Shown: positions 12,545-26,975 of the stretch, piece by piece | Position numbering within the stretch: position 1 is the stretch's first letter | Layout: every line of letters starts with the position of its first letter | Assembly (NCBI RefSeq): GCF_022045235.1 | Contig: NW_027266270.1 | Span: 12,958,001 to 13,022,000, forward strand | DNA: 64,000 bases | Source of the DNA: Haliotis cracherodii | Lineage: Eukaryota | Direction: 5' to 3' | Program-made: the position numbers and the translations under genes | The notes under the pieces: model-generated | Seen by the model: the letters and a program-made list of their open reading frames with translations, nothing else | Told to the model about the DNA's origin: nothing | Databases searched by the model: none

Positions 12545-12790
12545 TTGTTTGTTTGTTTAGCAATATTCCAGCTATAATTATGACGGCGGTCTGTAAATAA
12601 TCCAGTCTGGACCAGACAATTCAGTGATTGACATCACGAGCACCGACCTACGCAATTGGGATACACTGACATGTTTCATCCAAGTCAGCAAGCCTGACCA
12701 CCCGATCCCAATAGTCGCCTCTTACGACAAGCATAGTCGCCTCTTACTACAAGCATGAGTTGCCGAAGACTAAATGGATCCTCACAGGTC
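12545..12790 (-). mobile_element. Short retroposon family D (no tRNA head)
   Basis: Reverse complement of GACCCGTGAAGATCC...TGTCGTAAGAGGCGACTA...GGATTGTCTGGTCCAGACT...GCTGGAATATTGCT..(AAAC)n. Further copies at 14105-14342(+), 15600-15852(-), 21468-21665(+), 24260-24378(+), 31120-31315(-), 31735-31935(-), 35960-36222(-), 45507-45672(-) and 50585-50740(+). Confidence 0.85.
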
Positions 12791-13051
12791 GAAATGTATG
12801 CCAAACTATACAAATCCATTTGCACTTAAATGTCATAACAGATGTGCAATCAAACCTATGCTAACAGCCGACAAAAAAGATGAATCTGAAAAGATAACAG
12901 CCAGAATGTACAATTCTTAACATGCACAAGTAAAGAATTAAAAAAAACCCCAAAAATTGCAGATAAACATAAAAAATGTGTAAAACATTTACTTTTTTGC
13001 CTTATACATACCCCCGTTGATTGTTTCTAAATTCAAGGTAACCAGGAAATT

Positions 13052-13087
<36 letters not shown>

Positions 13088-13669
13088 TACCTATTGGTCG
13101 ACAGCATCCTAATCAACAACGAATATCAACAATTTAAACTCTACACTTTACATCACATAACACCATGACATCACACCCACGTGAAAATGCCAGCAGTACA
13201 CGTATACATCGATTTATTGTCTACATATTATATAATATATATGACCGCCCTCATATAGTTGAAATATCGCTTTGTGTGACGTTAACAATATCTTCTCAGG
13301 TTTTCTCAATAGAATGTCTGAAAATCGTAACACTATATAGGTCATGTGTGATTTTGTCAGCCTCAGATTCTTGCACAAAATCAAAGAAACTGCTCACAAT
13401 TCATACCATTTTATTAAGTACATTCATGATAAAAACAAATTCCCTTCGAGCTATTAGTCATCAATCCCATGATAAATAGTCGTTAACAGTGTTGTCAACC
13501 CTACGGGATTTACATTGCAGAGGGTCGTCATGCTGTTCCGGACATATGAATGAATCATATATTCAGACATTGAAAAAGTTCGATGCAATACAGTCAGATG
13601 CGACACTAATTTATTCACATCTACAATCAATGAATAATTTATATCTAGATATGCATACATTGACTAAAA

Positions 13670-13900
13670 GAGAGAGTTTGGTTTAACGCCGCTTTTGACA
13701 CTATTCCAGTTATATCACGGCGTGTCAGCTTAATGTAGGAAGTCCGAAGTGATGCAGGTCTTAGACGTTTACCACTTCAGTGAAACCCACGAGCAGGGGT
13801 ATGGCGCTGACAAACCTAAAAATATAATCGGGGCGAACCGGGATTCGAACCCACTATCATATGTTTCTGGCGTGCCCAAGGGACGCAACTCTGCAAAGCG
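13670..13900 (-). mobile_element. SINE family A copy, 5'-truncated
   Basis: Alignable to the other family A copies. Confidence 0.85.
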
Positions 13901-16900
13901 ACACACTGTATCTTGAACGTGGACGAGGCGTGATCGGGCTTCCTGTGTTAACGTTTTTGTATTGCTTTGTACCACTTGGACGATGTTTTCGAATGGAATA
14001 AGTGGTAGAGGTCTTTGTTAAATAAAAGCGACAAACCCCTTTTCACAATAATGAACAATATCTGCCAAATGACGATTTACGATGCCGACAATATCATTAG
14101 AATGTCTTCAGCAACCCATTCTTGTTGTAAAAGGCGACAATGCTTGTCGTAAAAGGCAACTGTAGAGATCGGGTGGTCAGGCTCGCTGACTTGGTTGATG
14201 CATGTCATCGTATCCCAATTGCGTGGATCGATCTTCATAAATTCAGTCTCTGGATCGTCTGGTCCAGTCTCGATTATTTACAGACTGCCGTCATATAGCT
14301 GGAATATTGTTGAGTGCGGAGTCAAACAACAAACAAACAAAACACAAGTGACAATAACAAATGATGTCAACAGACATTAATTAACTTAAGTTAAATGAAA
14401 ACATGAAATTATCTTTATTTATGTTTTACATATATAGTTCAATCAGTTTAAAGATAACTGCCACTTTGTTTGTTTTGACTTGTGTAACGTAGACGATAAT
14501 TAAACAGTTAGAGAGTGTTGTTAAGCATTCGATGCAAAGATAGTTTCACTAAAGTCTTGGAACCGATGGCGTTATCCTGCGTTTCCAAACGTTATAATAA
14601 CAAATCTGAAAACCAGATAGCAGAACACGCGCCCTTTCAGTTTACCTTAAAAGTTTGTATTTCACGACCTCATAGTCTCTTTCTTTTTCCGTAATCAATA
14701 AATGTGATTGTTTGCACATGACTATATTTTCATTATTGACATTTCACTTAATTAAACATGCTACACACATGTATTGAGCAAAGGTAATATTAATCAAATA
14801 TAGCAGTTTTACTATGCGTTTACATTGTGACGATCACACATAGTTCATTGAATGATAGTGTTCACAGCCCATCTTTTGACATTAGCATTTCCAGAATATA
14901 TAAAAAATACAATACGAATATTTATATATTTAGGTGCGTTTTGATTACCTGTGCATTGATACAATGCTAGAATTGATTTGATCATAGATAATTGAGAAGA
15001 AATATGTTTGTTATCAATATGTTAATATGTCTCGTAAATGCACATGCATATTTGTTTTATTTCGTGTTCGGAAAAGCTCATAAATTATTGTTCCATCATT
15101 TGCTAATCTATAATTTGTCATGAATTTGAAGACAGCAAACGAGATCACCACGACTGTAGACTTCAATGATGTACAGATAGTTTGGTGGGGGGAATAATGT
15201 CCAAATAAAAATGCGTTACTTTTTCATTGCGAGCAAGGATCCGGAGGGGTCCAATTTTAGCATTTAAGTCATCAATTCCCCGTGTACAACATATACATAC
15301 ATGGACCTTTTATTTCAAAATATGATTATGTAACAGTGATGGAAGATAAATGTTTCAGATAACTTGTTATAAGTAACATTTCAATATGAATTCGTGTCAT
15401 CAAGCCATGATCTACCAACTAAATCAGAGTCGTCAACGCCAGACAATAATCAGTCGCGAATAACTACCTAAACAGATTCCACTGGCGTATAAGGCAAAAT
15501 AGCGATAGCACATGTAATCTGAAGTAATGCAGCAGAAACGCTTTTCTTTCAAATTTCATGTGATATTAAATCTTTTTGAGCTACCAAATCAGTTTTGGTT
15601 GTTTTGGTTGGTTATTTGTTGCTTAACGCCGCACTCAGCAATATTCCAGCTATATAACGGCGGTCTGTAAATAATCGAGTCTGGACCAGACAATCCAGTG
15701 ATTGACACCATGAGCATAGATCCACGCAATTGAGATCGATGACATGCATCAAACAAGCTTAAGTCAGCAAGTCTGACCATCCGATCCCGTCAATCGCCTC
15801 TTACGACAAGTATACGGCAAGCATGGGTTGCTGAACACCTATTGACGGGTCTACAAAATTAGTAGTTAAAAACTATCATATTCCTACAGTACAAAACTAA
15901 ATTATTTCAACAATAACGATATTTATGCTGATGTAAGTTGACAACCCTTTGATGAGAAAAATGAAGGAACAGTAGAAGCATATTTATTTTTGTCAGGGTA
16001 CTAATTATTCAGACGCGTAAGTACGCTTACACCAACATATCCCAAATGCACCTCGCAATAGTTGCAACACAGAGTAAATACAGACTACAAAGAGTCAGAT
16101 TGTAAAAATAGAGATGTGTTTTACGTTGGGTAATGTTTGCGTCACTCTCCATTCCTGAAGGAAATTTTTTTCTCGCCTCCGTTAAGGAATGGGCAGTATA
16201 TTGGACATTCTCCGTCATATCATAATACACAAAGCATATTATAATAAAAAAAAATTAAGCATACATATACACATACATGCCCATAAGAAAGGATATGATA
16301 GCGCATAGCCATTGAAACTTTCATTTTGAAAAAGGCCATGATGATCTTCGAGAAGCACCGTAGGTTCAGGCAAATTGGGAAATATTTAACGTTAGTTGAT
16401 CAATTTCGTATTTTCATGTCGGCATGCCATTTGGTGAACATAAAGACATGTAAGTTTTAAAAAATGACAATTTTACATGGGAATATACATGTAAGAAGCA
16501 GTACCAATCCTATGAGCATTGTTGCATCGCTCATGTCCTTTAACACATATAACATGTCCCCTGCGGTACCTCTTTCATCGCAGTTGTTTCTATTGCATAT
16601 TTCATATTTCATACAGAGAATCTCACCCTCGTGACCTTCATATCAAATAGCGAAAACACTTCTAGCGACCTGTTTTTCGCCAAAAGACGAGGGTGAGGTT
16701 CTATCTAACATCCAATATCATTCCTCCAACGTTTCCGTTTGTAAACACTAATAACCAATGATTGGGGGTAAAAAGTACAGCTAACCAGCCTCAGGGGCTG
16801 AGGGGTAATTTAAAGTGGGACAATGGTAACCAATGACACATTGGGATGCTATTTCACTGCAGCGATATCTCTCAGAAGATATTGCTTGATCTAACTCTTG

Positions 16901-17664
16901 CGACATCTCCCGTGTTTGGCTTGATAAACGTCATATTTCATATTTAGTTCCTACAAGAACGTTAATTTCGTCACCAATTGTTTCAGTAAATCATTCTTGT
17001 CTTTATGAATATAGACATTGACGTGACTCCTGAAATTCAAGAAGGATAAAAGTCCTAAAACATTTTTAACACAACAGTAAAGCATATTCTGAAGGCAATG
17101 TCAGTGGGATATTTGTAATCAGCCTCCAGACATGTACAGTGGAAATCATAATAAAAGACTGAAAATGACAAATCCAAAGGTACGGAAACTTCTTACCTTC
17201 CAAAATGTAGTTGCAGGTTTACCACTTCACTTATGCGCTGGTCACAATATGATTTGCAATGATCCAGGAACCATTACCACGTTTGATGTTACACGTGGCT
17301 GTTATGCACGACAATGCCAGACATATAAAGATAGTATGACACATAAACAACCGTGAAAAGGTACCTTCAAAACCCTTTGTAACACTATGCATGGAATCTA
17401 CTTTGAATATATCATCTAACAAGACAAACCGCACAGGTTGTTATTAACAGGTGTTCATTTTTAGATGCCACAGAGTTACAGGTGTTAGCTGTGCACCGCA
17501 TAGAGTGATAACTCATGGATTTAGTTATGGATTTCCAAAATAGGGTGTGACACTTCAACCTGTATGCCATCGATTACATACCTGTGACGCAGGCTTTCCT
17601 GCCATAAACGTAATGCATATGTAAACCTATTGATAAAATGTATTGGTTCACGGAAAGTACATAT

Positions 17665-17831
17665 TCACTAAACTACGTTTATAACGAACACGCTTATAAC
17701 GAAATGACGGATATAACTGCTTTATTTGTCCCGGTCATTTGTTGTATATATGTTTATAAACTACAGACTACGGTTTTAACGAACTACAATTAGTGGTCCC
17801 TTTGAGTTCTTTATAACCGTAGTTTACTGTA
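17665..17831. mobile_element. Tc1/pogo-type MITE
   Basis: Inverted termini CAcTAAACTACGtTTATAAcGAAC / GTTCTTTATAACCGTAGTTTACTG-TA; partial copy at 47415-47475. Confidence 0.65.
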
Positions 17832-18114
17832 TTTCGAATCTGGTAAGAAATCTATATCAGAAATATGTTTTAAGTTTGACACAAAAATACTAAAACTTCA
17901 TGTGTAAGTATGATTCTGAAAATTGCAAAGCTATTATCTGGTGGAAGCGTTTGTGTCTATAAGAAACTCCTTAGGAAAATCGACAGACAACTCCATTTCA
18001 GGCGCGTATAGTCGAAACGGAACATGACAGATGATGAATACGTGATATTTGTTTGTGTATAACAACATCGACATTTCTAGGCCCCTTCATTAGATGGCCG
18101 TATTGAGTTTACGC

Positions 18115-18200
18115 TTACGCACGCACACACGCTCGCACGCACACACGCACGCACACACACGCACGCACGCACGCACGCACCCACCCACATATATATATGT
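18115..18200. repeat. (CACG)n/(CA)n microsatellite
   Basis: Direct inspection. Other (CA)n tracts at 13052-13073, 19299-19345, 21783-21813 and 38666-38708; poly-C/G runs at 22011, 22096, 24780 and 38710. Confidence 0.95.
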
Positions 18201-18874
18201 TCACATAAGGTTGTATTTATGTACAATAATAACAATATTTCATTGGCAGCAAACAAAAATTCTCCATACCAACTTCAACTTTAATCACTGGAAAAATGGA
18301 AGTGCAAGAAACTATTGAAATACAAAGAAAGAAGACAGCCATTCACAGAGACCAATGCTAACGTAAAATTACAAAATATCCTTTTTGTAGAATGTATGAT
18401 GTTTTCACGTCAACAATATTGTTTATACCTCAACTTTAATAAAACATGATGAACATATTGGGTTTTATCTTTCCTTTTGTGATGAGAGGTGCTTGCAAAT
18501 TGTACAAATAGCAACATCATAAATTAATTACCTTGTTACTCTAAATTCAGTCTTCATTTATTCAGTCACACTTTGTGATGTGAGGTGGTTGCAAACTGCA
18601 CAAAAACAACGTTGTCAATCGGTAACACAACAGTACTGTTAGCCCCTCGTGACAAACAGAAAGGGTATTTTACATCAGCCCAAGAGAGGCGGCTGAAACT
18701 CACATATTAAATAACAGTTACATTGGATCAAACAGGTTACGGCCGACTTAGCGCTAAGATCGCTTTGTGGAACGGGACCAGATTGTCGTAAGTCTATGTT
18801 AAAGTAAAGTATAAGAGTTACGACCGACTTACCGCTAACATCGCTTTGTGGAACAGGGCTCTGCATACTTTGAC

Positions 18875-19045
18875 GTGGGCTACTCTGGGATGTCCATTTT
18901 CCCTTGATATTCTCCAATTTTCTTCGTATACATCTCTTGAAGATTATGTTGATACGACAATCACATCGTCGTCTCCACTTGGTCACAACCACTCCTCACA
19001 GATTTGTAAGATTCGTAACAGCTCTTGCATCCAGCGCTTCCAAGA
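18875..19045 (-). pseudogene. Possible Tc1 transposase C-terminal relic
   Basis: Translates TNLTNL*GVVVTKW...INIIFKRCIRRKLENIKGK, resembling the Tc1 C-terminal L..L....W..I..LI.SM.RR...I..KG pattern; weak. Confidence 0.35.
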
Positions 19046-19046
19046 T

Positions 19047-19295
19047 CGACTCTGTGGTCAAGTGGTAGAGTGTCCCGCCTGTAGAGCGGAAGGTCTTGAG
19101 TTCGATCCCCGGCCGCGTCATACCAAAAGACGTTAAAATGGTACTGACTCTTGGCATTAAAGGGCTAAAATAAGTACTGGTCGGATAGGAGTCAGTATGC
19201 TGTGTCTGAGTGGGTTGTGAAACTGCGGCGGTGTCTGAGTGGGTTCTGAAACTGCGGCATGTTAGCAGTATAAAGTGCAGGCTAGTACAAGCATC

Positions 19296-19345
<50 letters not shown>
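19047..19345 (+). mobile_element. tRNA-derived SINE family E with Meta/MESC-like core and (CA)n tail
   Basis: A box TGGTCAAGTGG, B box GAGTTCGATCC, then GTCATACCAAAAGACGTTAAAATGGTAC..GGCATTAAAGGG. Related copies at 19455-19650 and 24815-25052. Meta assignment is from recall. Confidence 0.7.
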
Positions 19346-19349
<4 letters not shown>

Positions 19350-19932
19350 ATTCGGTGAAATGTTCTTCGTCTGTTTTGTAGGAAAGGATAAGATGGCTAA
19401 TTATCAGAATAGGCGACATCTTCATAATATGGAACGATGTGATTCATAAGTTCCTCCCCTGCCCCGGAAAGTGGAAGATTGGTCGTTCGATACCCTGGTC
19501 GTGTCATAGCTGTTATTCTATCCTTCCTGTTGTAACTAAGCCTGGCACTTGACATACAGGGGATAAAACCCTGAGTTAGTTTATAGTGTCTGAGTAGGGT
19601 ATCCATGTTCAACTGCAGCTAGAACTATAACAGTCCAGTCTGATACAAACACATCGTTTTTTATCACTGAATGAAATAACATATTTCACTTCAACTGTGC
19701 TTCTGAGCTCTGCACCTTTTTTCAGACTCTTCTAAATTCTTCGCGAAGGCAGTCTATGGTTTTTAGGGGATCCCAATACTCAAGCATCACTGATGTATCT
19801 TGTCCAACTGAATTTACCGTCAAGGCTTTGAAAGGCATTAACAAGTGATACACATAAGGAAGAGAATTTATGGATGTCAACTTCTTTATTATGAGGGATA
19901 CAACGTTTCAAAGTATATAGTTACTCCTTCAA

Positions 19933-20960
19933 GTAAATCCTGATGCAGTCGTGATATCTATTCCTCCTAGAAGATTAGAAAATGTGAGAAACTCATGTAC
20001 AGGATTCTTAGCGGCCTTACCGCAATTCACAGCACGTAACCCTTGGTAGTTTAACAGGAGAAAGTATCTCTTTCACCAGTTTTTGGCGATGTTTACAAAC
20101 TTGTGATCAGACGTATTTATTCAGTTCTACAAAGAGCTTGAGTTTGGGATAGAAAGCAAAGCAAAGTGGGCAAGAGTTCAACTTGGCGGGAGTTAAAAGC
20201 TTTTGAATTATCTTTGAACGTTTTCACAGAAGCTTTGTGTAATCAGACTAACGTGGGTCACAGATAGCAAGGGTTGCTGTCAAATTGCTTCTTTTGATGG
20301 ATCAGTTCATCGTTACAGGATCTTTTGCTATGTGAGTGAGTGAGTGAGTTGGGTTTAACGCCGCTTTTAACATTATTCCAGTTAGCTTAATGTGGGAGGA
20401 AAGCCCGAAGTGGTGCAGGTCTCAGACGTTTACCTCTTCGGTGAAACCCACGAGCACGGGTATGGTGCTGACAAACCTAGAAACATAATCGGGGTGAACC
20501 GGGATTCGAACCCACAATCATAGGTTTCTAGCGTGGCCAGGGGAATCAACTCTGCACAGCGAATCGCGGCGCCTTAGACGACTGGGCCACCCGTGCCCCC
20601 TTTTGCTATGTCAGTGTTCATCATGGCTAGGATGTCTAACATCATGATAAAGTTAAGCTGGATTCCACGAAATCGACAGAAAGATGCGTTGGGGAAATTT
20701 GAAGGAACTGGATTGTTACTGATGCTGTCTTCAGGCTGCGAGATCAAATTTGGGGTGCACACACTGTTGACAGATTTGCTAGTCATTCATTCTAATCCTA
20801 TGATGGGCAGATTCAATTCCTGATCTTGGTGCCCCGGCAAAAAAGCAGTAGATGTTTGTATACAGTGTTGGCAAGATGATATCAATAAGGTTGTCCACCC
20901 CTGTGCATTTTGGTGTCAAGGGTTATTAGATATGCTCTACAAAGTAAAGCAGTAAACATG
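19933..20960 (+). mobile_element. DIRS/Ngaro-type retrotransposon pol relic (RT connection, RNase H, Dam-like domain), interrupted by a SINE
   Basis: ISIPPRRLENV..FTAR; SSTWRELKAFELSL / TWVTDSK; LSWIPR; NWIVTDAVFRLRDQIWGAHTVDRFAS / NPMMGRFNS*SWCPGKKAVDV..QCWQDDIN..HP. Multiple frameshifts. Confidence 0.8.
20333..20600 (-). mobile_element. Full-length SINE family A with TSD
   Basis: 12-bp TSD CTTTTGCTATGT at 20322-20333 and 20600-20611. Confidence 0.93.
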
Positions 20961-21781
20961 TACCATCTCGCTGAAACTTCTAATGAATATTTTTCGTCAA
21001 CTTTTCTTCTGTGAATCGTATGTACTCAAGGTAACCTTTATCATATCCCAGAGTGAGGGAAATCTTTATTGAAAAAATCAAACTAATTGGTGAAGATATC
21101 ACAAGACCTTCACAGTTTCTTTTCTTGGTGGGAGCGACTGCTGCAGCTAACGCAAGAGTTACAGATATACTTTTCTAGCGACATGGACACTGGGCCCCAG
21201 ATAAGGCCAAAGACGGTCATGTCAAAGACAATGTATTTTTGAACTGTTGAATGTGTCATCATTGTTGGGATAGTAAAAAGTTAAAATAAATCTGCTACAT
21301 GGACCCGTTCTTTTAATTCGAGTTGCTTCAGGCATTACCCATGAGTGGAGTGAAGGAATGCTGTGCACATAAAAGTGGTGAAGTGCACTGCAGAGGGCAA
21401 GGTGTGTGATGCACCACTTGAGGCCTTCACGTCACACTTGCGAGCTGTCTTTGTCTTTCTTTCATTCCGGAGTAGAATAGGTCTTCAGCAACCCCATGCT
21501 TGCCGTAAAAGGCAACTATGCTTGTCGTAAGAGGCGACTAACGGGACTCGGTTGTCAGGCTCGCTGACTTATGTGAAGCATACCATTGTATCCCAATTGG
21601 GTGGGTCGATGCTCATGATGTCAATCACTGGGTTGCTGAGTGTGGCGTTAAACAACAAACAAACTAACAGCAGTGGGATTCAAGACGCTCTGCAGAGACA
21701 CAGAACACTACTGTCCCTGGGTACCTCAGGCTAGTGATAGACAACAGAACTCTGCTTCAGGTAAACGTTGCTTTTCGTTAG

Positions 21782-21815
<34 letters not shown>

Positions 21816-22810
21816 GGGGATCGATGCTCATGATATCAAACACTGGATTGTCTGGTCCAGACTCGATTAATTACAGCTGGAATATTGCTACGTGCGGAGT
21901 TAAGCAACAAACCAACCAACCAACACGAACCTTTTGCACGTGTTCCTAACTCTTTGGAAACTTGGGTTATGAAATGCATGTCCTAGGGCATGTAAACAGT
22001 TCATTTAGGACCCCCCCCCCCCTTTTTATTTCGAAAAATATCTTTATTTCTGTATAAATTGCCATTAAAGACTATAAATAGATCTTAGTTGTGAACCCCC
22101 CCCCCCCCCCCCCCCCCTTTTTCAAAAAAGCTGTATCCGCCTCTGTAGTACTTGCCCATGTTGAGCAAATCATGAGCAAACATGGTCCTGATCACGATGA
22201 GAGTAATTTCTTTTTTTTTGTTCCATGTCTTTGAACTAAAAGATACCAAATCACACGTACGTACAATGCATAGAGTAACATAAAACATACTGCCAAAAAA
22301 AACCCACATATTTCACCGTTCATAAACGGATAAACTATTAGTAAGCAAATATTTAGTTTCTAATTTCATAACGTGTCTTTCATGTCGCCGAGGCAAAATA
22401 CCACTTTCGTCAGTTACAGTTCGCTGTTAGTTTCGTGTTCTCAGCAAGGGTAATTTTACTGTCTCATTCCATTGTTTTATGTCTCTCATTTGATGGGGCA
22501 GCTAAAGGTTTCATCACTCCGAAGACCCGTTAAGATTCTGAAATGACTGCTTTGCGTGAAGCTCATTTCTAAACTAAGCCCATGTTTTCTTGAATGTGAC
22601 ATCAGATCAACATGTGAAGGGCTTTAATATCAAGACCGTGTTGTTTTGGAAATGCTTATCTACAATATGGTATTAATATTACAATTATTGAATCTCTTAC
22701 TTGTCATTTTCCTCATCTTCAGGATTGCTGTACTTTGTTTATTTATGTTTGTTATCTTGTACGGGAGAGGTCTTTAGACTTTTAGAATTTTATGTATTCC
22801 ATCCTAAAGT

Positions 22811-23086
22811 TACCCGTGAAGGTTCCGGGGTAGAATAGGTCTTCATCAACCCATTATTGCCGTAAAAGGTGACTATGCTTGTCGTGAAAGGCGACTAACG
22901 GGATCGGGTGGTCAGGCTGGCTGACTTGGTTGATACATGTCATCGATCCCAAGTGCGTGGATAGATGCTCATGATATCAATCACTGGATTGTCTGGTCCA
23001 GACTGGATTATTTTACAGACCGCCGTCATATCATATAGCTGGAATAAAGCCGAGTGCGGCGTTAAACAACAAACCAACCAACCAAC
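22811..23086 (+). mobile_element. Full-length family D retroposon
   Basis: Starts (T)ACCCGTGAAG, ends (CAAC)n; flanking CATCCyAAAGT direct repeat. Confidence 0.88.
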
Positions 23087-24779
23087 CATCCCAAAGTAAA
23101 GACTCATTTCACAGTAAGGTCTCGAGTATATGATTGAGGTCGCTCTAATACATATGTTTGACAGTGTTGGTGAATGGTGAACAGTGTTCGAAATAGACAT
23201 CGGCCCGTAGGCCCGAGGCCGGCAAATTTGTCCTCGGGCTGATAGTTTTAAATCTCTGCAGGTCCCTACAGCCTGTAGTATATTTTAAACGGTAATCATG
23301 GTATATGAATCATAACACTGACATCGTTATGTGACACAGGGTCCGGCTTTAAAGTAACTCTTTCAACACCGTAGCCACGTCAAAATAACATATAGCTTCA
23401 TGAACCTACATGTCATATCATTCATTTAATAAATCTATCACTGTTCACAAAGTGAACGTATTTTAATACGTATTTCAATTCAATTAATCATATTTTATCA
23501 ATAGATTTACAATTGTTAACTATTTCCCGCAATGTTAGTGAAAAAAACATGATCTGGGGCACATGCTTCGACAACTGGTCCATAGCGAACATGATCTTTT
23601 TAGCGAGCAATGTAAAGACGTTTCACGAAAATCATAAATATATTAAATAAAGTAATACATAAAATCGTCAAACGTATTTCTAAAAATTGTCAACTTACAT
23701 CTCAGCTACTTTTTCCATCTTTTCCTGCGATTGTGTAATGTCAAATGACATCTCGGCATTCGTCGACCCAATTTTTAATTTTTAAATGTTGTGATTATAT
23801 TCAAAACTTTATGAATAATGTAGTGATTATCTGCACAGCTGTGAGAGAAATGCAGCGGTTATCTGCAAAGCTATGGTACTGTACATGAGCAACGAGGTCA
23901 CCGCGCCTGACCACCAGATCCATTTAGTCGCTTTCACCGACGAGCCTTGGTTGCCGGTGCATATTCTAACCTGGTGTACAAAAAAATTAGATAAATGTGT
24001 TAATATGAAAAAGAGCATGAGTGTTCTTGTTTATGTTGGTAATTTTGTATATATATGCAAGAAATTGACTTGTTTAAACATGACATGTACTCATACGTTC
24101 AGTGGAGTGTTGAAAAGCATATAGTAGAGTTAACAACCACAGCTAAACACACAATGTTGTTGATGACATTAATCTACATCTATGTTACCTACCAGAAAAA
24201 GGTTTTGAACTGACCGAGTAAATGGCGTCGTGGGTGGCGTGGTACATTGCTCGTGTTTACAGCGTGGATCGATGCTCATGATATTAATCACTGGATTGTC
24301 TGGTCCAGACTCGATGATTTACAGACCGACGTCATGTAGCTGGAATATTGCTGAGTGCGGCGTAAACCAACCAACCAAAAGCGTTTGTTCCCAACGGGGT
24401 TCGAAACTGTGAAACCTATACTTTCAGTGACGACATCAGTGTTAAAACACAAACGAACAAACAAACAAAATTTGACTAAATGATGTCCGATGCAATTCCC
24501 TATTTTTTCCAAATTATGTTCCAATGTTTTCAGGTTAACTGAAATACACACTTATGCTAAAGTAGGAATCGTACAATGCACTCTATCTTAGGGTTTTATA
24601 CAAAGGATATTCACGTATTAATTAAACACATGGGCGAGGGTGGTGTTGGTGTAGGAACACATTGTTTCCATGGGTTAATATAAATCTGTCCCAAGAGAGA
24701 GGTACATGCACATGTTTGTTGGTTGCTTATGACATCAGGGAGTCTTGTACCTATTCAGAGTTTCCGTAGCGTAAAGGAT

Positions 24780-24815
<36 letters not shown>

Positions 24816-25921
24816 GCGGGGGGCATCTGCGCAGAAAGCGGAATGTCGGTGGTTCGATCCCCCGGAGGCGTCATACCAAAACACGTCAAAGATCGTACTT
24901 GTTACCTGCCTGGAGCACAACATTCAGGGGATAAAACAAGGACTGGTCGGCAAGAAGTCTGTGTAATGTGTTCGAGTAAGACATCCATGGGCTTGTGCCA
25001 GTTCACCGACATAACTCTGGACTGGTATTAGTACTGGTCCACGCACGCACGCAACATGAGTGAATTAATATTAATATCATTTCACCTGGCACAGACTCAT
25101 AAAATTCACATCTACCGTTGTCGTAATGGCGGGCCAGTGTATCTGTAGCTCTCAAGCCAGCTGAATTGGGCACCTAGTGATCAGGCTCCTTGGCTTGCGA
25201 GGCACCGTGTCGTGGAAGCATGTGTCATTACTCATGCTCTCCCCGACCCTTGTCCATACTTTCAATCATGATTTTGACTGATCGAGACTCTCATATGTAC
25301 AGGCTGACTTGCTGTGGCTGGGATGTTGCTAGCTACGGCGTTTAATAAAATCCATGTGCTTATTATAGCGCTAACATATAGTGTAGGCACTAGATCTACA
25401 ACGACAACGACACTACAACGTCTGCCAATGTTAAAATTCCAACAGCGTATTGATGTAATTACAATAACACGTTCTCCGTCTACACAGACGAGAAGCGTGC
25501 ATCCCGATCGTGTAAGTTTAACTGAGTTGTCCTGTATAAATTACTCATTGTCATTTTTAGAAATGAATACAGAAACGTAGCTGAATACATTCCGCACAAG
25601 ACTAAAGGGTAAAATTTGTGACAATTTACATGAACATTTTTTTACCACTTGTCTAATTTTTCTCGATACGTTCAATGATTACTGAAGAAATACACCAGCC
25701 TTGTATCAAATGTGCATACATGTATACAAAAAACTGGAAGTTTAAAAAACCCTATGGTTTTCGCCACCTATGAGTAAAAAATAGATGCAAACAAATGTTG
25801 TCTTGCTGAATAATGGATTAAAATCAAACTACTAGTGTCTCACTGAAAAGGTATACATGGACAGTAAGCCAAATGTCGTTAGTCATCTTAAGCAAGCCAC
25901 TCATGACAACGACCTGCAAAT

Positions 25922-26026
25922 GGGCCCCGTATCACAAAGCGACCGTAGCACTTATGTGATCGTAACTCCCATATACTTTAACATAGGATTGTCGCAGCGC
26001 TGGGCTCGCTTTGTGGGACGGGCCCC
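25922..26026. mobile_element. Small MITE (Harbinger-like termini)
   Basis: TIR GGGCCCCGTATCACAAAGCGA / TCGCTTTGTGGGACGGGCCCC; related right halves in tandem at 18735-18862. Confidence 0.6.
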
Positions 26027-26237
26027 TGTACTATGGTCGTGGTGTATTGATTTATTAACACAGCGTTAAAAACACAGTTAGGCCTAACAAAATCGTACTT
26101 GTACTTGAATGAACGTACAGCGAAAGTTCAACAAAACAGGTAGTTGGATTGTTTTGCAGAATTATTGTCCTTTGTTTACATAATCGTTTGAGTAAGACAT
26201 TGCGTTCACCTGTTGCCGAATATTCCCCTAAACCACC

Positions 26238-26560
26238 ATGCGCACGTTGTCTCCAAAATCCGTATTCATTACAGGTGCCTATAGGGGTTTGGGGCTGACA
26301 ATTTGTGAAGTACTTTCTGGGTCTTGCGGACCCCTTTATCCACCTGTTCGCAGCCTGAAGACACCCGGACAAGGCCATGGAGTGTTCGCGTGCCACAATG
26401 AACCAAGAAATCGCTGCGTCTATGGCGGAGGTGGAAACAGTTGTTAGGGATGATGCACTCAATCTGCTGCTGAACAACACCGACGTTAACCAACAGGAAC
26501 ATGGCATCGAACCAGTGACACGGGAGAAGATGAATGTTCACTTCGACCGTAATGTTACAG
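26238..26560 (+). pseudogene. SDR (C-factor-like) exon 1 pseudogene
   Basis: MRTLSPKSVFITGAYRGLGL, then a frameshift, an internal deletion and NNAG changed to NNTD. Keeps the AG|GTAGGT donor; no exon 2 before the next copy. Confidence 0.9.
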
Positions 26561-26821
26561 GTAGGTTGAATTATTACTACGCACAAGTAACTGGACATGT
26601 TTACAATTAGTGCGCGCACACACACATTCACGAAGCCTAGTAATTCGAGCGGGCACAAGTAGAAACTGCTACCAGTCCTTATTCAAGGTTTCTTTTCGAC
26701 AAGTCTCCGCCTGGATGTAGGCGATAACGGTAGCGCTAGGTATAACACTTTAAAACACATTATGTGATTTGAATTGATGATGCCGAAAGGGCGATATGAA
26801 TCCTACAGCGCACATTGGCAG

Positions 26822-26975
26822 CATTTACTGACGAGTTTAACGCCGGTTTTAGCAATATTCAAGCAACATCACGCCGGAGGACACCAGACAAGGGCTTCAC
26901 ACATTGTACCTCTATTGGGAATCAAACCGGGCCATTGCCGTGCCGAGCGAACGCTTTAACCACTAGGCTACCACA
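26822..26975 (-). mobile_element. SINE family B copy
   Basis: Reverse complement of GGTAGCCTAGTGGTTAAAGCGTTCGCTCG...GAAGCCC..TGGTGTCC..GAATATTGCTAAAA. Confidence 0.8.

Noticed and set aside
24723-25031. Poly-Gly and poly-Pro ORFs
   Set aside because: Poly-G run abutting a SINE; homopolymer length may also be a sequencing artefact.
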